A stretch of 64,000 nt of DNA, taken from assembly GCA_019058365.1 (NCBI GenBank), contig JAHPZE010000020.1, positions 1-64,000 of the forward strand, read 5' to 3'. Shown here piece by piece: positions 50,513 through 60,764 of this stretch; the stretch's first letter is position 1; each line of letters starts with the position of its first letter. The position numbers and the translations under genes are program-made. Origin of the DNA: Promethearchaeota archaeon (GTDB lineage Archaea > Asgardarchaeota > Lokiarchaeia > Sigyniarchaeales > SOKP01). The notes beneath the pieces are model-generated. The model did no database searches, was not told the origin of the DNA, and saw only the letters and a program-made list of their open reading frames with translations.

Positions 50513-51913
50513 CTAATCACCTCTTTTCTTCTTTTTCTGTGGTAACATATCCAAAAGTTTAGGTAAAACTTTTAAAATTTTCTTAGGATCCATTAGTTTA
50601 TCTAAATCATCCTCAAAAACCTTGGATAATAGAGGAAGTACATATGCCATTATAAATGGCGTCGCTTTAGGTATATATGATCTTACATGACTTATTATTT
50701 GACGCACCCTTAAAGCATGAGGTTGAGACCAATCAAAGATTCCTCCAAGAATTTCCATTATCATAGGAACAAACCATGACATTGTTTCTTTTGGACTAAA
50801 TGGTAAAGCTTTCCATATATTCCATAACTCATGTCCCGCCTTAAACTCTTTTCCAATACTAGTTTTTTGCCATTTCTCATCAAATTCTTTAAGTATTGCT
50901 TTAGACACATCTCCAGATGGTATTACTTCAGAAGCTACTTCTGCTGCTACTTTTCCTGTTACCATAGCAGGATATATCCCCTCAGCCTCCAGAGGACATG
51001 GAAACCCCCCAGCATCCCCAATTAATATAACACCATCAGCATGAGTATTATTAGGAAAATCTAACCAAGGAAGCAGGTGAGCTTGAAGTTCGCGTGGCTT
51101 AGCATCGAGTATTTTTAACAATCTTTGATAATATTTTAAATTAATAACACGATTTAAATAATATAATGGATTGCTATCCCACCAATTCATCCAGTTTCCT
51201 AATCCTTGATGAAAACCATCATTAAAAAAAACTTGATATGAAGCTGGAAAGTTTGAACCCCACCATACACCTAATGTTTCATCACCCATAATATCATCAA
51301 TTTTATCCGAAGGTGCTTGAAAATCGTATTGCGGTACTAATGTAACTTGATTTTGAGCCCACTTATTTCTCAATCCAGACTTTTGTGCCACAATTGATAA
51401 GACTCCATCTGCACCAATAACAAGTGGAGCCCTGTATTTCTCTCCTTTTTCATCAATCACACCACATACTTTTCCATCTTTCCTCAATAAATCTACAATT
51501 AATGTTGAAATCTTTAATTCAGCACCAGCATCAATAGCAAATTTAGCAATCCATGGATCAAACTCACTACGATAAACATTCATAGTAATCCATGATTTTG
51601 CGGGTTCATATGAAACGGATTCTGTCGGTCGAGCCATAATATAACCTGCCACATTATCATCATTATTTACAAAATAATTACGCGAGGCAGCTCCTGCTCT
51701 CATTGAAGGACACTTATCAGGTGTTAAATCCTTCATCATTTCAGGGAAATCTCTAAACATGCGTGGTCCTAACCCACAACCAGAAGAATTCTTTTCACCC
51801 GGTTTACGGCCACGTTCAAAAAATATTACTTTTAACCCTTCTTCCGCAGCAACTTTCGCTGCCATAGAGCCTCCTGGTCCAGCACCGACTATAATTAAGT
51901 CAAAAACTTTCAT
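50513..51913 (-). CDS. FixC/geranylgeranyl-reductase-like flavoprotein
   Basis: GAGPGG, ERGRKPGEKNSSG (FixC-like), GADG, GDAGG...EGI. Confidence 0.85.
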   Translation of the reverse strand: MKVFDLIIVGAGPGGSMAAKVAAEEGLKVIFFERGRKPGEKNSSGCGLGPRMFRDFPEMMKDLTPDKCPSMRAGAASRNYFVNNDDNVAGYIMARPTESVSYEPAKSWITMNVYRSEFDPWIAKFAIDAGAELKISTLIVDLLRKDGKVCGVIDEKGEKYRAPLVIGADGVLSIVAQKSGLRNKWAQNQVTLVPQYDFQAPSDKIDDIMGDETLGVWWGSNFPASYQVFFNDGFHQGLGNWMNWWDSNPLYYLNRVINLKYYQRLLKILDAKPRELQAHLLPWLDFPNNTHADGVILIGDAGGFPCPLEAEGIYPAMVTGKVAAEVASEVIPSGDVSKAILKEFDEKWQKTSIGKEFKAGHELWNIWKALPFSPKETMSWFVPMIMEILGGIFDWSQPHALRVRQIISHVRSYIPKATPFIMAYVLPLLSKVFEDDLDKLMDPKKILKVLPKLLDMLPQKKKKRGD

Positions 51914-52060
51914 TTGAATTTCCTATTTAAATTTTATTTAAAAATAATATTTATTTAATAATGCTCATCTGATATTTAAAAATTTAGTTTTCTAGATGAT
52001 AATATCTTAATAGAGAGAAATATTTTAAGTAGAAAGGATTTACTTTCTTGCTTTATAAAT

Positions 52061-53524
52061 ATGAGTGAAGAAGAGATTTATCGGAAATTAGTGAAAATCT
52101 CCGGATCGAAGTTTATTTCTAAAGATCCAAAGTTATTAGAAGACTTTTCTACTGATTTGAGTTTCGTTAAAGGGAAAAAACCAAAGTATGTAGTATGGCT
52201 AAATAAAGCAAAACAAATTGAAGATATCATAAAATTAGCAAACTCTTCAGGATTTTCAATCATTCCAGTAAGCTCTAGTTCCCCTATACGTTATCATGGA
52301 GATACAATTCCACAAAAAGACAATTGTATTATTGTTGATTTATCTAGAATGAATAAAATCCTCAATATTGACAGAAAAAATAGAGTAATAATGGTTGAAC
52401 CTGGAGTAGTATTTGGTCAATTACTTCCAATCCTTCAAAAAAAAGGTTTAAGGTTAATTCAACCTCTCTTTCCAAGAGAAGGTAAATCTGTACTAACAAC
52501 TGCTCTTGAAAGAGTACCAACCACAATTCCTCGTTATCAATGGGATAGTTCAGATCCTTTATTATGTACTGAGGTCATTTTCGGAACTGGTGACCTTTTT
52601 AGAACTGGTACTGCCGCAGGTCCTGGATCTATTAAGGAACAAAAAAAGTCGGGTCAAGCTCAAATAAATCCAATGGGTCCAACACAATTCAGTCCTTACA
52701 GATTAATACAAGGTGCCCAAGGAAGCTTTGGGATAGTCACATGGGCTACTCTAAAATTAGAATTAAGACCCACAATTCAAAAATTGTTTCATCTCCAATC
52801 GGATAATCTTCAAGATTTATTAAATCTTCAACATCAATTGTTAAAATACCGATTAGGTGATGAAATATTAATTATAAATAATATTAATTTAGCATGTTTA
52901 GTTAAACAGGAATTGGAAGATATTAAAGAGTTAAGTACCTCATTAGCCGAATGGAATTTAATCTTTATTTTAGCAGGTCGTGGTAAATTAGCAAGTGATA
53001 AAATATCTTATCAAGAGGGAGATATACAAAAAATTATTGAAGATCTAAAACTTGATCATTTGAAAAGAGTAAGTTCTATTACCGATAGTGAAATGATTTA
53101 TGCTTTAAATGAATCAACTTCATACTCTTGGCGAAAGAGATTAAAGGGTAACTTTCAAGATATTTTCTTTATCACTAGTTATGAAAAAATTCATGAATTT
53201 ATCAATATTGTTCAGAATGAAATTTCTGAAGATCTTGGTATATATATTCAGGCTATAAATCAAGGAACCTCTTATCATTGTGAATTTGATCTTTATTACA
53301 ATCCAAATAATAAAGTAGAGTCAAGTTTGATAAAAGAAAAGTTTTTAAAAATTAGCTTAGAATTAATGGAATCAGGAGCATTTTTCAGTCGTCCCTATGG
53401 TGTTTGGGCAAAAGAAGTTTTTAAGAGACATGAAGTCTCTACTCGAATTGCCTTAAAAAAAGTAAAAAGAATTTTTGATCCTAATAATATTTTAAATCCT
53501 GGAGTTTTATGTTTTGATGAGTAA
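52061..53524 (+). CDS. FAD-binding oxidoreductase (PCMH/GlcD/VAO family)
   Basis: VDLSRMNKI, VEPGV, GAQGSFGIVT, FDPNNILNPG. Confidence 0.88.
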   Translation: MSEEEIYRKLVKISGSKFISKDPKLLEDFSTDLSFVKGKKPKYVVWLNKAKQIEDIIKLANSSGFSIIPVSSSSPIRYHGDTIPQKDNCIIVDLSRMNKILNIDRKNRVIMVEPGVVFGQLLPILQKKGLRLIQPLFPREGKSVLTTALERVPTTIPRYQWDSSDPLLCTEVIFGTGDLFRTGTAAGPGSIKEQKKSGQAQINPMGPTQFSPYRLIQGAQGSFGIVTWATLKLELRPTIQKLFHLQSDNLQDLLNLQHQLLKYRLGDEILIINNINLACLVKQELEDIKELSTSLAEWNLIFILAGRGKLASDKISYQEGDIQKIIEDLKLDHLKRVSSITDSEMIYALNESTSYSWRKRLKGNFQDIFFITSYEKIHEFINIVQNEISEDLGIYIQAINQGTSYHCEFDLYYNPNNKVESSLIKEKFLKISLELMESGAFFSRPYGVWAKEVFKRHEVSTRIALKKVKRIFDPNNILNPGVLCFDE

Positions 53525-53609
53525 TAGAACTAATATAAAAAAAAATTAAATTCAATTTAAGGAAGCTTTAAATAAGAAAAATGAAATAAAAAGAGGAGTT
53601 TAAAGATTT

Positions 53610-54914
53610 TTGAATGAACAAGAATATAAACTGATGATAAAACGATGTCTTCGGTGCTCGATATGTAAATGGATACCACAGCTACAAATAAAAAGTCAAA
53701 AATATTCTACTATTTGTCCTTCAATAGATATGTTTAATTTTCATGCATATAGCGCTGGAGGACGTATAATTATAGCTTTAGCATTGGAAATGGGAAGAAT
53801 TAAACCCTCCAAAGAATTAATGGATATCGTTTATAAATGTACTGAATGTGGAGGTTGTGCTGTCGCTTGTAAGTTTTTAAATACTTTAGAACCCCTTGAA
53901 ATCATAGTTAAACTTAGAGAAAAATTGGTTTCTTTAGGATATGGACCAATGCCAAAACAGCAACAATATATCGAATCTATTAAAAATTGTAATAATCCTT
54001 ATAATGAACCTCATGAAAAGAGGTTAGATTGGTTACCAAATGATATCAAGATTGATCCTAATGCAAAAACCTTATATTTTGTAGGATGTACCTCATCGTA
54101 CAGGAGAAAAGAAATAGCGATTGCTACTGCTCGTGTAATGAATGCTGCGAACTATCCATTTAAAATTCTTGGTGAGAATGAATATTGCTGTGGAAGTCCA
54201 ATCTTGAGAACTGGAGATAAAAAGTCGTTTAATGATCAAGTACACAAAAATATTGATATTATTAAAAAAGAAGGAATAGACACTATCGTTTTTAGCTGTG
54301 CTGGCTGTTATGATACCTTTAAACTTGAATATACTTTAGAAAAGGAGTATAATTTTAAAGTATTACATACAACGGAATTATTTAATGAATTAATAGATAC
54401 TGGAAAATTAAATCTAACAAAAGAACTACCTTTAATAGTAACCTATCATGATCCATGTCATTTAGGACGAAACTCCGAACCCCTTGTAGAATGGGACGGT
54501 GATGCATTACAAATGATGCCTCTTATATCTATCAATATGCCTGAAAAACCAAAGAGATGTGGGGCATTTGGAATTTATGACGCTCCAAGATATTTGCTAG
54601 AAAAAATGCCTGGGCTCAAATTAATAGAAATGGAAAGAATTAGAGAATATTCCTATTGTTGTGGTGCTGGAGGAGGTGTTAAATCGGCATTTCCAGAGTT
54701 TGCTCTTAAAACTGCTATAACTCGGATTGAAGAAGCTGAAGAAACCGGAGCAGAAATAATTGCTTCTGCATGCCCTTTTTGCTCTACAAATTTGAATGAT
54801 GGAATTGTTGAAAAAGGCTCTAATCTAAAGTTTTATGATATAAGTGAGTTATTATTAATAGCAATAGGATCACCAAATAAATCTATTAAAGAATCTTCGA
54901 TGGAGGTTGCTTAA
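53610..54914 (+). CDS. Fe-S oxidoreductase with two CCG domains (GlcF/GlpC/HdrD family)
   Basis: CLRCSIC, CTECGGCAVAC, YFVGC, CCG, YHDPCHLGR, CCGAGGG, ACPFC. Confidence 0.9.
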   Translation: MNEQEYKLMIKRCLRCSICKWIPQLQIKSQKYSTICPSIDMFNFHAYSAGGRIIIALALEMGRIKPSKELMDIVYKCTECGGCAVACKFLNTLEPLEIIVKLREKLVSLGYGPMPKQQQYIESIKNCNNPYNEPHEKRLDWLPNDIKIDPNAKTLYFVGCTSSYRRKEIAIATARVMNAANYPFKILGENEYCCGSPILRTGDKKSFNDQVHKNIDIIKKEGIDTIVFSCAGCYDTFKLEYTLEKEYNFKVLHTTELFNELIDTGKLNLTKELPLIVTYHDPCHLGRNSEPLVEWDGDALQMMPLISINMPEKPKRCGAFGIYDAPRYLLEKMPGLKLIEMERIREYSYCCGAGGGVKSAFPEFALKTAITRIEEAEETGAEIIASACPFCSTNLNDGIVEKGSNLKFYDISELLLIAIGSPNKSIKESSMEVA

Positions 54915-56474
54915 TTGGTTTTAGAGAAAGACGCATTTAAAGAATTTCAGGACGTAGTTGGTGTAGGAAATGTCGATGATGGTGATGTTATAACTAATGT
55001 ATATGCTTATAACTGGTGTATGGAAATTTTTAATTATATGGAAAGTAAAGATCCAATTCCCTTTTCTCCAATTCCTAAAGCGGTTGTTTTACCATCAACT
55101 ACCGAAGAAGTTCAACAAATAGTAAAATTATGTAATAAATACGGAATTGTATTCAAAGCTCAAAGTACGGGACTTGGTCCTTGGAATCAACCCTCTGTGG
55201 ATAATTCAATAATTATAGATCTTCGTAGAATGAATAATATTGTGAAAATTGATGAGAAAAACCTATATGCTGTAATTGAACCATATGTGAGTGGATCACA
55301 GTTACAAGTTGAAATAATGAAATACGGACTCAATTGTCACATGCCCGGTGCAGGCCCAATGGTCTCTCCATTAGCTAGTGCAACATCTATGAATGGTCCG
55401 GGTTTTACATCTCCTTCTACAGGGCATAGTGCTAGAAACGTTTTAGCAGTTGAATGGGTATTGCCCGATGGAGAAATTATGAGATTAGGGACTTATGGTC
55501 AAAAAAACAATCCTGATTTTTTTTATGGAGATGGCCCAGGACCGAGTTTACGTGGCATTATGAGAGGTTGGGCTGGCACAAAATCAGGACTTGGAGTTTT
55601 TACTAAGGTTGCAGTAAAGTTATTTCCCTATCCATGTAGTACAGATTTTATTATTAAAGGTAATTCTCCCAATTATGATTTTGATATCCCTGATTTTATG
55701 AAATTATATGTTATGGATTGCGGTAATTTCAAGAAACTAGAAAAAGTTATATTGAGGGTAGAAGAGGAAGAAATATCATTTATGTGCAGTTATTTATCTG
55801 GTTTTGCGGTGATGGCTATTTTTTCTAATTCAATTGAAAGTTTAATGGATAAAATACCAATAGGTCAGATGAAAGCTCCGTTGGTTGTAATAATAACTGC
55901 TCGTACAAAGCAAGAGTTTACGTATAAACAAAAAGTAATGGACTTCTTAATTAAAAAATTCAAAATAGAAAATATTATTGGAAAAATATATACTCCTAAA
56001 CCTATCTTTTATGCTGAGGCTCTCCGTTCGAATTTAGGCTTACATGGTTTTATAGCTACTGGAGGTTTTCAATCTTCTAAAGGAGTAGCAGATACAGCAG
56101 CAGTTTGTCTTCGAAGCACTAAATCAAATATTCCTTTAAAGCAGGAGTTTATCAAGAAGAAGGCAATTGCTAACGATTTTGGAGAGGGTACATGGATGAC
56201 TTCTTATGAATCAGGGCATTATTTTCATATGGAATCCCCAACGATGTTTGATCAAACTGAAGAGAGTAGTGTGAAAGGAATGGCTGAATATATGGATAAG
56301 AGCAATCAATTAGATTTATTAAAACACCTTGGTGCTCCATTCTTTGTAGAAGGCACACGCATGCATGAATTATTTGGACCTTTTATGTCTAACTATCATC
56401 TATGGCTAAGAAAAATTAAAGAAACTTTTGACCCAAATAATATATCTGATTCTGGATTTTACATTTCACCGTAA
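54915..56474 (+). CDS. FAD-binding oxidoreductase (PCMH/VAO family), second paralogue
   Basis: VVLPSTTEEV, IDLRRMN, IEPYV, VEWVLPDG, GVFTK, FDPNN; abuts the upstream gene. Confidence 0.88.
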   Translation: MVLEKDAFKEFQDVVGVGNVDDGDVITNVYAYNWCMEIFNYMESKDPIPFSPIPKAVVLPSTTEEVQQIVKLCNKYGIVFKAQSTGLGPWNQPSVDNSIIIDLRRMNNIVKIDEKNLYAVIEPYVSGSQLQVEIMKYGLNCHMPGAGPMVSPLASATSMNGPGFTSPSTGHSARNVLAVEWVLPDGEIMRLGTYGQKNNPDFFYGDGPGPSLRGIMRGWAGTKSGLGVFTKVAVKLFPYPCSTDFIIKGNSPNYDFDIPDFMKLYVMDCGNFKKLEKVILRVEEEEISFMCSYLSGFAVMAIFSNSIESLMDKIPIGQMKAPLVVIITARTKQEFTYKQKVMDFLIKKFKIENIIGKIYTPKPIFYAEALRSNLGLHGFIATGGFQSSKGVADTAAVCLRSTKSNIPLKQEFIKKKAIANDFGEGTWMTSYESGHYFHMESPTMFDQTEESSVKGMAEYMDKSNQLDLLKHLGAPFFVEGTRMHELFGPFMSNYHLWLRKIKETFDPNNISDSGFYISP

Positions 56475-56508
56475 AAGAAATAAAAAATATTAGTTTAAGT
56501 CACACATC

Positions 56509-56919
56509 ATGGCAGCAGAATCAAATGAAGAAAATAATGAAATAAGGGGTTTTGCACTTTTAATTAATAGTATTCTTTCACCTTTAAATGAAAACAAAAA
56601 ATTTCAAGAAAAATTTAGTAAAATTGATACGAGAGTTCTTTTAAATGCCACGAATTTAAATTATGCGGCTTTAATCATTATTGATCATGGATTTGTGAGA
56701 ATTGAGAGCATTCCTAATAAACCAAAAGAAAATTTGAAAAAGAAAAAGGTAGGTTGGAATGGCTTTTTAGAGATGGATACACAAACTTTCCTTGCTATTG
56801 CCATGAGTCGAATTTCAATTCCGGGAATGATAAAAAAATGGTTATCCGGTAAAATAAAAATGCGCGGAATTAGAAAATTACTTATTTTATTAAAAGTCTT
56901 TAAATTTTTAACAAGTTAA
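56509..56919 (+). CDS. SCP2-like domain protein
   Basis: C-terminal KWLSGKIKMRGIRKL resembles the SCP2 GKLKxxG motif; size and secondary-structure pattern fit. Confidence 0.6.
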   Translation: MAAESNEENNEIRGFALLINSILSPLNENKKFQEKFSKIDTRVLLNATNLNYAALIIIDHGFVRIESIPNKPKENLKKKKVGWNGFLEMDTQTFLAIAMSRISIPGMIKKWLSGKIKMRGIRKLLILLKVFKFLTS

Positions 56920-56968
56920 AACAATTAGATTTTATATATATCAAGATGAAATATTAAGGAGAAGATTT

Positions 56969-58018
56969 ATGATGAGTACAAAAATTAAGGAAGCCTGGTT
57001 AGGACCTGGTAGAAAGGATGGTCAAATTAATCCAATCAAACCAAAAGATGATGCATTACACATCGATATGAAAAAGAAAGGAACAAGAGAATGGTGGTAC
57101 TTTGATGCTCGTTTTGATAATGGATATACAGTAGTAGGATTCTTTCGAGCAAAACATGAACGAACTGGTAAAACTGGTGTAGAAATTACGATTTATAAAC
57201 CAAATGGAGAAAAAATACAGAAAGTAATAGAGTATCTTCATTCAGATCTTATAGCTTCCCAAGAAGTACCAGATGTGCAAATTGGTAAAAATTATATTAA
57301 TGTTGATTATTCTAACAAAGAATTACCAAAATACGAAATTTTCTTAGATGAAGCTGAATATGGGTTTCACTTAAAATATACTGCCCAAGTTCATGGTTGG
57401 AAGCCCGGAAAAGGATATATTGAGTTTGGAAAGTCAAATGAATTCGGTTGGGTTATAGCTCTACCTCGAGCAGACGTTGTAGGAACTATTAAGGTTAATA
57501 ATGAAACAATTCAAGTAAATGGAATTGGATATCATGATCATAATTGGTTAAATTTCAATTTTGCGATGATAATTGACTATTGGTACTGGGGTAGGATTTA
57601 TTCTGAGAATTTTACTGTGGTTTTTGCTTATATCAAATGTAACAAGAAAATAGATAATTATCCAATTCAAGTTTTAATGCTCGCGAAAAATGAGAATGTA
57701 TTTCTCAGTACAGGTGAATATAAATTAATTCAAGAAAATTTTGAACATAATAATAAAGCTGGAAATAAATTTCCGAAAATTCTAAAGTTTATTATTGGAA
57801 ATCAGCATGAAATTCTTCTCGAAGTTCAAGAGATCATTGATGCTGATAATTTACTTCAAGAATTAGGACCCATCACACGTTTCCTAGCGAAAAATCTTTT
57901 AAAATTAAAACCAGGTTATTTTCGATTAAATTCTCAATTTCAACTCAATATATCTTATGAAGGGAAATCATTTATAGAAAAAGGAAGTACGCTTCACGAG
58001 ATGGTAATTACTAAGTAA
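56969..58018 (+). CDS. CrtC (hydroxyneurosporene synthase)/tocopherol-cyclase/AttH-like double beta-barrel protein
   Basis: EWWYFD, GIGYHDHNW, WYWGR motifs. Confidence 0.75.
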   Translation: MMSTKIKEAWLGPGRKDGQINPIKPKDDALHIDMKKKGTREWWYFDARFDNGYTVVGFFRAKHERTGKTGVEITIYKPNGEKIQKVIEYLHSDLIASQEVPDVQIGKNYINVDYSNKELPKYEIFLDEAEYGFHLKYTAQVHGWKPGKGYIEFGKSNEFGWVIALPRADVVGTIKVNNETIQVNGIGYHDHNWLNFNFAMIIDYWYWGRIYSENFTVVFAYIKCNKKIDNYPIQVLMLAKNENVFLSTGEYKLIQENFEHNNKAGNKFPKILKFIIGNQHEILLEVQEIIDADNLLQELGPITRFLAKNLLKLKPGYFRLNSQFQLNISYEGKSFIEKGSTLHEMVITK

Positions 58019-58042
58019 GAAGAAATCAATTTATCAGAACTT

Positions 58043-58738
58043 TTATTTTTTTTCATCCAATGCTCTTTTTGGAAATAGGCGTTTTTTTAATTTTACCTTG
58101 CTTGTGTCCATGTCATATTCAACTAAGCCAGCTTTTGCTAATTCTTGAACTGAATGTAATACAAAGGCTCCTTCAATACCAGTTGTAGTTTTTATTTGAT
58201 CTCTCGTCATTTCTTCCTTTTCTCCATGTAAAGTCATTAAAATTCGATAATGTGGTTGACCTTGCCATATTTCTGACACTAAGACAGTATAAATTGACAA
58301 TAATGCACGAACTCTCTCAAAGTTATATTCTGCTTCTTCTGCTTCTGATGCTACTTGCATAAATTTCTCTAACTCAACCTTAACTTTCTGATACTCATCT
58401 AGTAATTTCATTTGATCTTCTGTTAATGATCCTATTTTTTGGTCTTTTTCTCGTTTTTCAAGCTCTAGCTTTTTTGTTTCCTCTTCTAATTTCTTTTTAT
58501 CTATCTCTAACTGTTGTTTCTCAGTTTCTAACTTAGACTTTGCTTCTTCTAATCGTATTTTTTCATTTTCGAGTTTTTCTTTTTCTTTACTAAGTTCCAT
58601 TTTATCATTCTCAAGATTTAATAAAGCAGTTCTTGAAGTCTCTAATACATCAATAAATTCCTTAAAACTTGATTCAGCAGCTTGAATTGTTTCATCAATA
58701 ACATTTAACGTTTTTTCTTTATCTGACATTGGAATCAC
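58043..58738 (-). CDS. Coiled-coil protein with a C-terminal winged helix
   Basis: About eight LExEKxx heptads; C-terminal RILMTLHG...TRDQIKTTTGI...VQELAKAGLVEY...VKL wHTH. Confidence 0.75.
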   Translation of the reverse strand: MIPMSDKEKTLNVIDETIQAAESSFKEFIDVLETSRTALLNLENDKMELSKEKEKLENEKIRLEEAKSKLETEKQQLEIDKKKLEEETKKLELEKREKDQKIGSLTEDQMKLLDEYQKVKVELEKFMQVASEAEEAEYNFERVRALLSIYTVLVSEIWQGQPHYRILMTLHGEKEEMTRDQIKTTTGIEGAFVLHSVQELAKAGLVEYDMDTSKVKLKKRLFPKRALDEKK

Positions 58739-58958
58739 AGTAAAACTAATTATTTTATATTAATAAAGATTTATTAGAAATTTTTAAAGTTTTATAAAAA
58801 TTCAAGGAAATAAATCAAAATAATGAATTTTATTTTATTCATTATATTTTAGTGTAAGGTTATCAATTTTATTTAAAATTAGAGATATAACACTACATAT
58901 AATCCCTTAAAAAGCATTGTATTTTGTTATTTGACTTTCTTTATAATTTTTTCCCATT

Positions 58959-59276
58959 TTATCTTCCATTAATTACTTCATCATATAATATTTTGAGATA
59001 TTCTTTAATTTTTTCAAAATGATTTGTACCTCCTTCTGTAATGGAATAATATTTTCGAATTTTTCCCTTCACATTTTTTTTTTCTAAAGATAATAAACCA
59101 GAATAAGTTAACCTATTTAACCATGGATATAAAGTCCCATCCGAAATATCATATCCATGCTCAGCCAACTCATTCTTTAACCAGGAACCATAAAAAGGTT
59201 CTTTACTAGCATGATATAATATATGTAGCAAAATCGAACCTTTTTGAAATCTTCTTAAAGGATTTATGGATTTCAT
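58959..59276 (-). CDS. PadR family transcription regulator
   Basis: HILYHA..PFYG, GTLYP, RKYYSITEGG. Confidence 0.93.
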   Translation of the reverse strand: MKSINPLRRFQKGSILLHILYHASKEPFYGSWLKNELAEHGYDISDGTLYPWLNRLTYSGLLSLEKKNVKGKIRKYYSITEGGTNHFEKIKEYLKILYDEVINGR

Positions 59277-59366
59277 GTTAGATCCATATTATATTGGTTT
59301 CAAATAATTAAGATCAAGAATTCAATAATATTAAAAAGGAATAATTTATATTTAATATTATCGCGA

Positions 59367-59390
59367 ATCGATATCGATAATCGATATCAA
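59367..59390. promoter_or_regulatory. Tandem palindromic operator between PadR and MFS
   Basis: Perfect ATCGATATCGAT (59367-59378) followed by ATCGATATCAA (59380-59390), just downstream of TTTATATT. Confidence 0.7.
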
Positions 59391-59434
59391 AAAAAGTAAA
59401 ATAATAACTTAATAATAGCAATACTGATTGATTT

Positions 59435-60679
59435 ATGTCAGGAAATAATGATTCAAATCAAAAGTATACTCAAAAGATAAGACTAATTTTGGGAGTTTCA
59501 GTGCCTGTTTTTATAATGGGACTTGTATCATTTTTCACTGATATCTCAAGTGAAATGATCCAAAGCATTTTACCTTTATTTATTATAGATCTAGTAGAAA
59601 CGAATCCTATATTTATTTTAGGTTTAATCGCAGGAATTACGACGGCTCTAGCCAACATATTAAAAGGAGTATCAGGTTGGATAAGTGATAAAATCAACAA
59701 AAGAAGACCTTTTGTCGTAGCAGGGTATACTATTTCAAATCTTTCTAAACCATTTATAGGTTTTAGTCCATCATGGCAATTTGTTTTAGGATTAAAAGCA
59801 ACAGATAGATTTGGCAAAGGTCTCAGAACATCTTCCAGAGATACACTTATATCTTATTATGCAGTTGAGCAAGGAAAATCTTTTGGAATTCATCGCGCAA
59901 TGGATACTTTAGGTGCAGTAGTTGGGTCTCTTCTTGCTTTTCTATTTTTATTTTGGGCATGGAGTTATTCTGAAATTATATTTTTCTCTATTTTTCCAGG
60001 ACTCTGTGCAATTGTATTAATCCTTTTCATCAAGGATGTTGATCCTACTAAATTAGATGAAACAAAACTGAAATATCATGATGTACCAAAAGTAGATAAA
60101 ATTGATAGAAACTTTATTAAACTTATAATTATCCTTGGAGTAATTGAATTTGCTAGCTTAGATATAGCATTCCTCCAAGTTAGATCAAGAGATTATATTT
60201 TTTCTGGATTAATCTTTTTAATACCTGTTTTTTATTTACTAACAAACATAGTTTATATGGTTTTATCACCTATAATGGGATCTTTATCAGACAAAGTCGG
60301 ACGCAAACCTATTATCGTAAGTGGGTTATCAATTCTTTTAGTTTCTACAATATTTTTAGCATTTCCAATTGAATCTTCAGTATTTTCATTAATATCAATA
60401 GTAATTATTTATGCATTTTATGGATTTTATTTGGCATCAGTTGATCCCATCTCAAGGGCGTATATTGCTGACTTAGCAGGTAAAAATAAAAGAGGTAGAG
60501 CATATGGTTATTATTATCTTTCTGTAGGGATAATTACCTTAGGTGAATCACTGCTTTTTGGATATATTTATGATATATTCTCTTTTTTTTGGGCTTTTCT
60601 CTATGTATCAATTCTTTTATTTATTTGTATTATAGTATTTATTATCACTGATTTCTCCAAGATTCTACACAAGGAGTAA
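59435..60679 (+). CDS. MFS transporter
   Basis: VSFFTDISSEM, GWISDKINKRR, DRFGKGLR, FGIHRAMD, GSLSDKVGRK. Confidence 0.9.
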   Translation: MSGNNDSNQKYTQKIRLILGVSVPVFIMGLVSFFTDISSEMIQSILPLFIIDLVETNPIFILGLIAGITTALANILKGVSGWISDKINKRRPFVVAGYTISNLSKPFIGFSPSWQFVLGLKATDRFGKGLRTSSRDTLISYYAVEQGKSFGIHRAMDTLGAVVGSLLAFLFLFWAWSYSEIIFFSIFPGLCAIVLILFIKDVDPTKLDETKLKYHDVPKVDKIDRNFIKLIIILGVIEFASLDIAFLQVRSRDYIFSGLIFLIPVFYLLTNIVYMVLSPIMGSLSDKVGRKPIIVSGLSILLVSTIFLAFPIESSVFSLISIVIIYAFYGFYLASVDPISRAYIADLAGKNKRGRAYGYYYLSVGIITLGESLLFGYIYDIFSFFWAFLYVSILLFICIIVFIITDFSKILHKE

Positions 60680-60764
60680 TTATTCGTTAAATTATGAATC
60701 GATGTAGAGTATACCTAAACAATTAAATAAATTAGATTATAGGTTATTTTCGGTGATATAACAC

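Noticed and set aside
58043-58738. ESCRT-III/CdvB, SMC or intermediate-filament homologue
   Set aside because: Only generic heptads; no Snf7-like pattern or ATPase motifs are visible, so no specific homology can be claimed.
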